A stretch of DNA of 64,000 nt from Eledone cirrhosa (taxonomy: Eukaryota). The stretch spans positions 73,470,001 to 73,534,000 of the forward strand of contig OZ024742.1 in the NCBI GenBank assembly GCA_964016885.1, read 5' to 3'. Below, one piece after another: positions 61,601 through 64,000 of the stretch; position 1 is the first letter of the stretch, and every line of letters begins with the position of its first letter. The notes below the pieces were generated by a model. That model was not told the origin of the DNA, searched no databases, and saw only the letters and a program-made list of their open reading frames with translations. A program made the translations under genes and the position numbers.

Positions 61601-63123
61601 ATATATACTACTATCTAGTAAATACACTGGATGATGTGGTCCTATATTATATATATATACTATCTAGTAAATACACTGGATGATGTGGTCCTATATTATA
61701 TATATACTACTATCTAGTAAATACACTGGATGGTGTGGTCCTATATTATATATATATACTATCTAGTAAATACACTGGATGATGTGGTCCTATATTATAT
61801 ATATATACTATCTAGTAAATACACTGGATGATGTGGTCCTATATAATATATATACTACTATCTGGTAAATACACTGGATGGTGTGGTCCTATATTATATA
61901 TATACTACTATCTAGTAAATACACTGGATGGTGTGGTCCTATATTATATATATATACTATCTAGTAAATACACTGGATGATGTGGTCCTATATTATATAT
62001 ATATACTACTATCTGGTAAATACACTGGATGGTGTGGTCCTATATTATATATATACTACTATCTGGTAAATACACTGGATGGTGTGGTCCTATATTATAT
62101 ATATATATATATATACTATCTAGTAAATACACTGGGTGATGTGGTCCTATATTATATATATATATATATATACTATCTGGTAAATACACTGGATGGTGTG
62201 GTCCTATATTATATATATACTACTATCTAGTAAATACACTGGGTGATGTGGTCCTATATTATATATATATACTACTATCTAGTAAATACACTGGATGGTG
62301 TGGTCCTATATTATATATATACTACTATCTAGTAAATACACTGGGTGATGTGGTCCTATATTATATATATATATATATATACTATCTGGTAAATACACTG
62401 GATGGTGTGGTCCTATATTATATATATACTACTATCTAGTAAATACACTGGGTGGTGTGGTCCTATATTATATATATATATATATATACTATCTAGTAAA
62501 TACACTGGGTGATGTGGTCCTATATTATACATATATACTACTATCTAGTAAATACACTGGATGGTGTGGTCCTATATTATATCTAGTAAATACACTGGGT
62601 GGTGTGGCCCCATATATATGAAAAAATATCGTTTTTACAAAAGAATATAAAAAAATTGGAAGGAGGTAGGTGGAGAAGTTTAAAACAGCTCAAAATACAG
62701 TAATTTATTATAATAAACAGGACAATATATATACTATTATCTGGTAAACACACTGGATAATGTGGTTCTATATTATATATATATATATATATATACCATC
62801 TGGTAAACACTGGATGATGTGGTCCTATATTATATATATATACTATCTGGTAAATAACTGGATGATGTGGTCCTATATTATATATATATATAGATATACT
62901 ATCTGGTAAACACTGGATAATTGTTTCTAATTTTGGCACAAGGCCAGCAAATACGCAGTTCATTACTGGTACTTTATTTTATCGACCTGGTAAACACTGG
63001 GTAATGTGGTCCTATATTATATTAGTATATATATATATATACTATCTGGTAAACATACTGGAAAATGTGGTTCTATATTATATATATATATGTACTATCT
63101 GGTAAACACACTGGATAATGTGG

Positions 63124-63170
<47 letters not shown>

Positions 63171-63252
63171 TATATATAAAGTATTGAAGTTTCCGTTGAA
63201 AATTGAAAAAGTCATAGGAGTGAAGAGTGCTCTATGTAAGTACCAGAGCTAA

Positions 63253-63472
63253 ATTTAATGTATAATAAATAATACAATATAATTACCTCATTACCAGAGG
63301 TTTCCCGAATAAGGCGAATACGAAAAACATCCTCATTCGTTCATCGGACAAGGCAATTTCCTTGAAAATTGCCTTGTCCGATGAACGAATGATGACGTTT
63401 TTCGTATTCGTCTTATTCGGGAAACCTTTGGTAATGAGGTAATTATATTGTATTGTTTATTGTACATTAAAT
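63253..63472. ncRNA. ~107-bp inverted duplication holding two head-to-head hammerhead-like motifs (63281-63358 minus, 63367-63444 plus) with CCGAUGA core
   Basis: aattgccttgt CCGATGA a-cgaatga...ttattcg-g GAAA cc-ttt-gg TA^ atgaggtaatt. Confidence 0.6.
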
Positions 63473-64000
63473 ATATATATATCTGGTAAACACACTGGAT
63501 GATGTGGTCCTATATTTGCCATTATGATAGAACTCTTATGAGATGCAACTTCATAAGAGGCTGTTAAAACTTGTCCAGATTTGTATGCCATAAGAACAAC
63601 TTAACCCATTAAGGGAGTATTTACATGGATTCCCCACCCTATCTGCTAGAAATAGCAGTCAAATTACTGGCATCAAACTGGTATCTTTGAGATGGACATG
63701 GCTAGAATGACCTGCATCACACAACACCAGTTTCATCATCAACAAAACAAAAAACTATAAAGGTGATGTGACTGGTTGAGTGTGACTTGCTTTTATAGTA
63801 GCTAGTATAACTTACTGGTATGCTAACTAGTGGAGTGGAGTATGACTTGCCTGTATGGTAAGTAGCTGAGTGTGTAGTAACAGGTGTGGAATGTGACTGA
63901 ATTATGTATTGACTGCCATAGAGTAATGTGTTAACTAATGTGGCTGTGACCTAAGTATTCAGTCTTGTGTATGTTTGTGTGCCTGCAGTGTGTGTTTGTG

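Larger units (their letters stand above)
50140..62612. repeat. ~50-bp minisatellite (tctRgtaaatacactggRtgRtgtggtcctatat(ta)n ctacta), interrupted by two RTE copies at 52390-55655
   Basis: Seen directly; diverged outlier units at 45575, 47840-47920, 48415-48600, 62730-63130 and 63480. Confidence 0.97.

Noticed and set aside
50140-62612. CRISPR-like array
   Set aside because: No unique spacers, no cas genes and a eukaryotic context; it is a minisatellite, and its short ORFs are artefacts.
63975-64000. Possible next SSBP exon after cctgcag
   Set aside because: The following sequence (tgtgtgtttgtg) does not encode the expected VFWDLY.

Overview
Eukaryotic, extremely (TA)n-rich genomic DNA, most likely octopus (inferred from SINE/MITE/RTE types and microsatellite load). 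The only host coding sequence I can support is two LisH-region exons of the Ssdp/SSBP2-3-4 orthologue (423-495 and 2660-2721, + strand). I found no next exon, so the remaining ~61 kb reads as one giant intron. It is filled with (TA)n/(TATG)n tracts, which produce the spurious poly-Ile/Tyr ORFs, plus RTE-clade LINEs of two subfamilies (one full-length copy with an intact EN-RT ORF carrying a PHD-like finger inside RT), tRNA-derived SINEs, piggyBac-like MITEs and a ~12 kb 50-bp minisatellite. The most interesting signal is a set of type I hammerhead ribozymes (HHRs). A 466-bp tandem array (29543-33671) carries one HHR per unit (9 copies), has a compensatory double substitution in stem II, and flips orientation midway, resembling a non-LTR retrozyme. 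A divergent relative with the same HHR architecture lies in a foldback at 39.6-40.2 kb. At least five more dispersed HHR loci, several in or next to inverted duplications, suggest Penelope-like mobilisation into TA tracts. All structures were read by eye; no folding or database searches were run.
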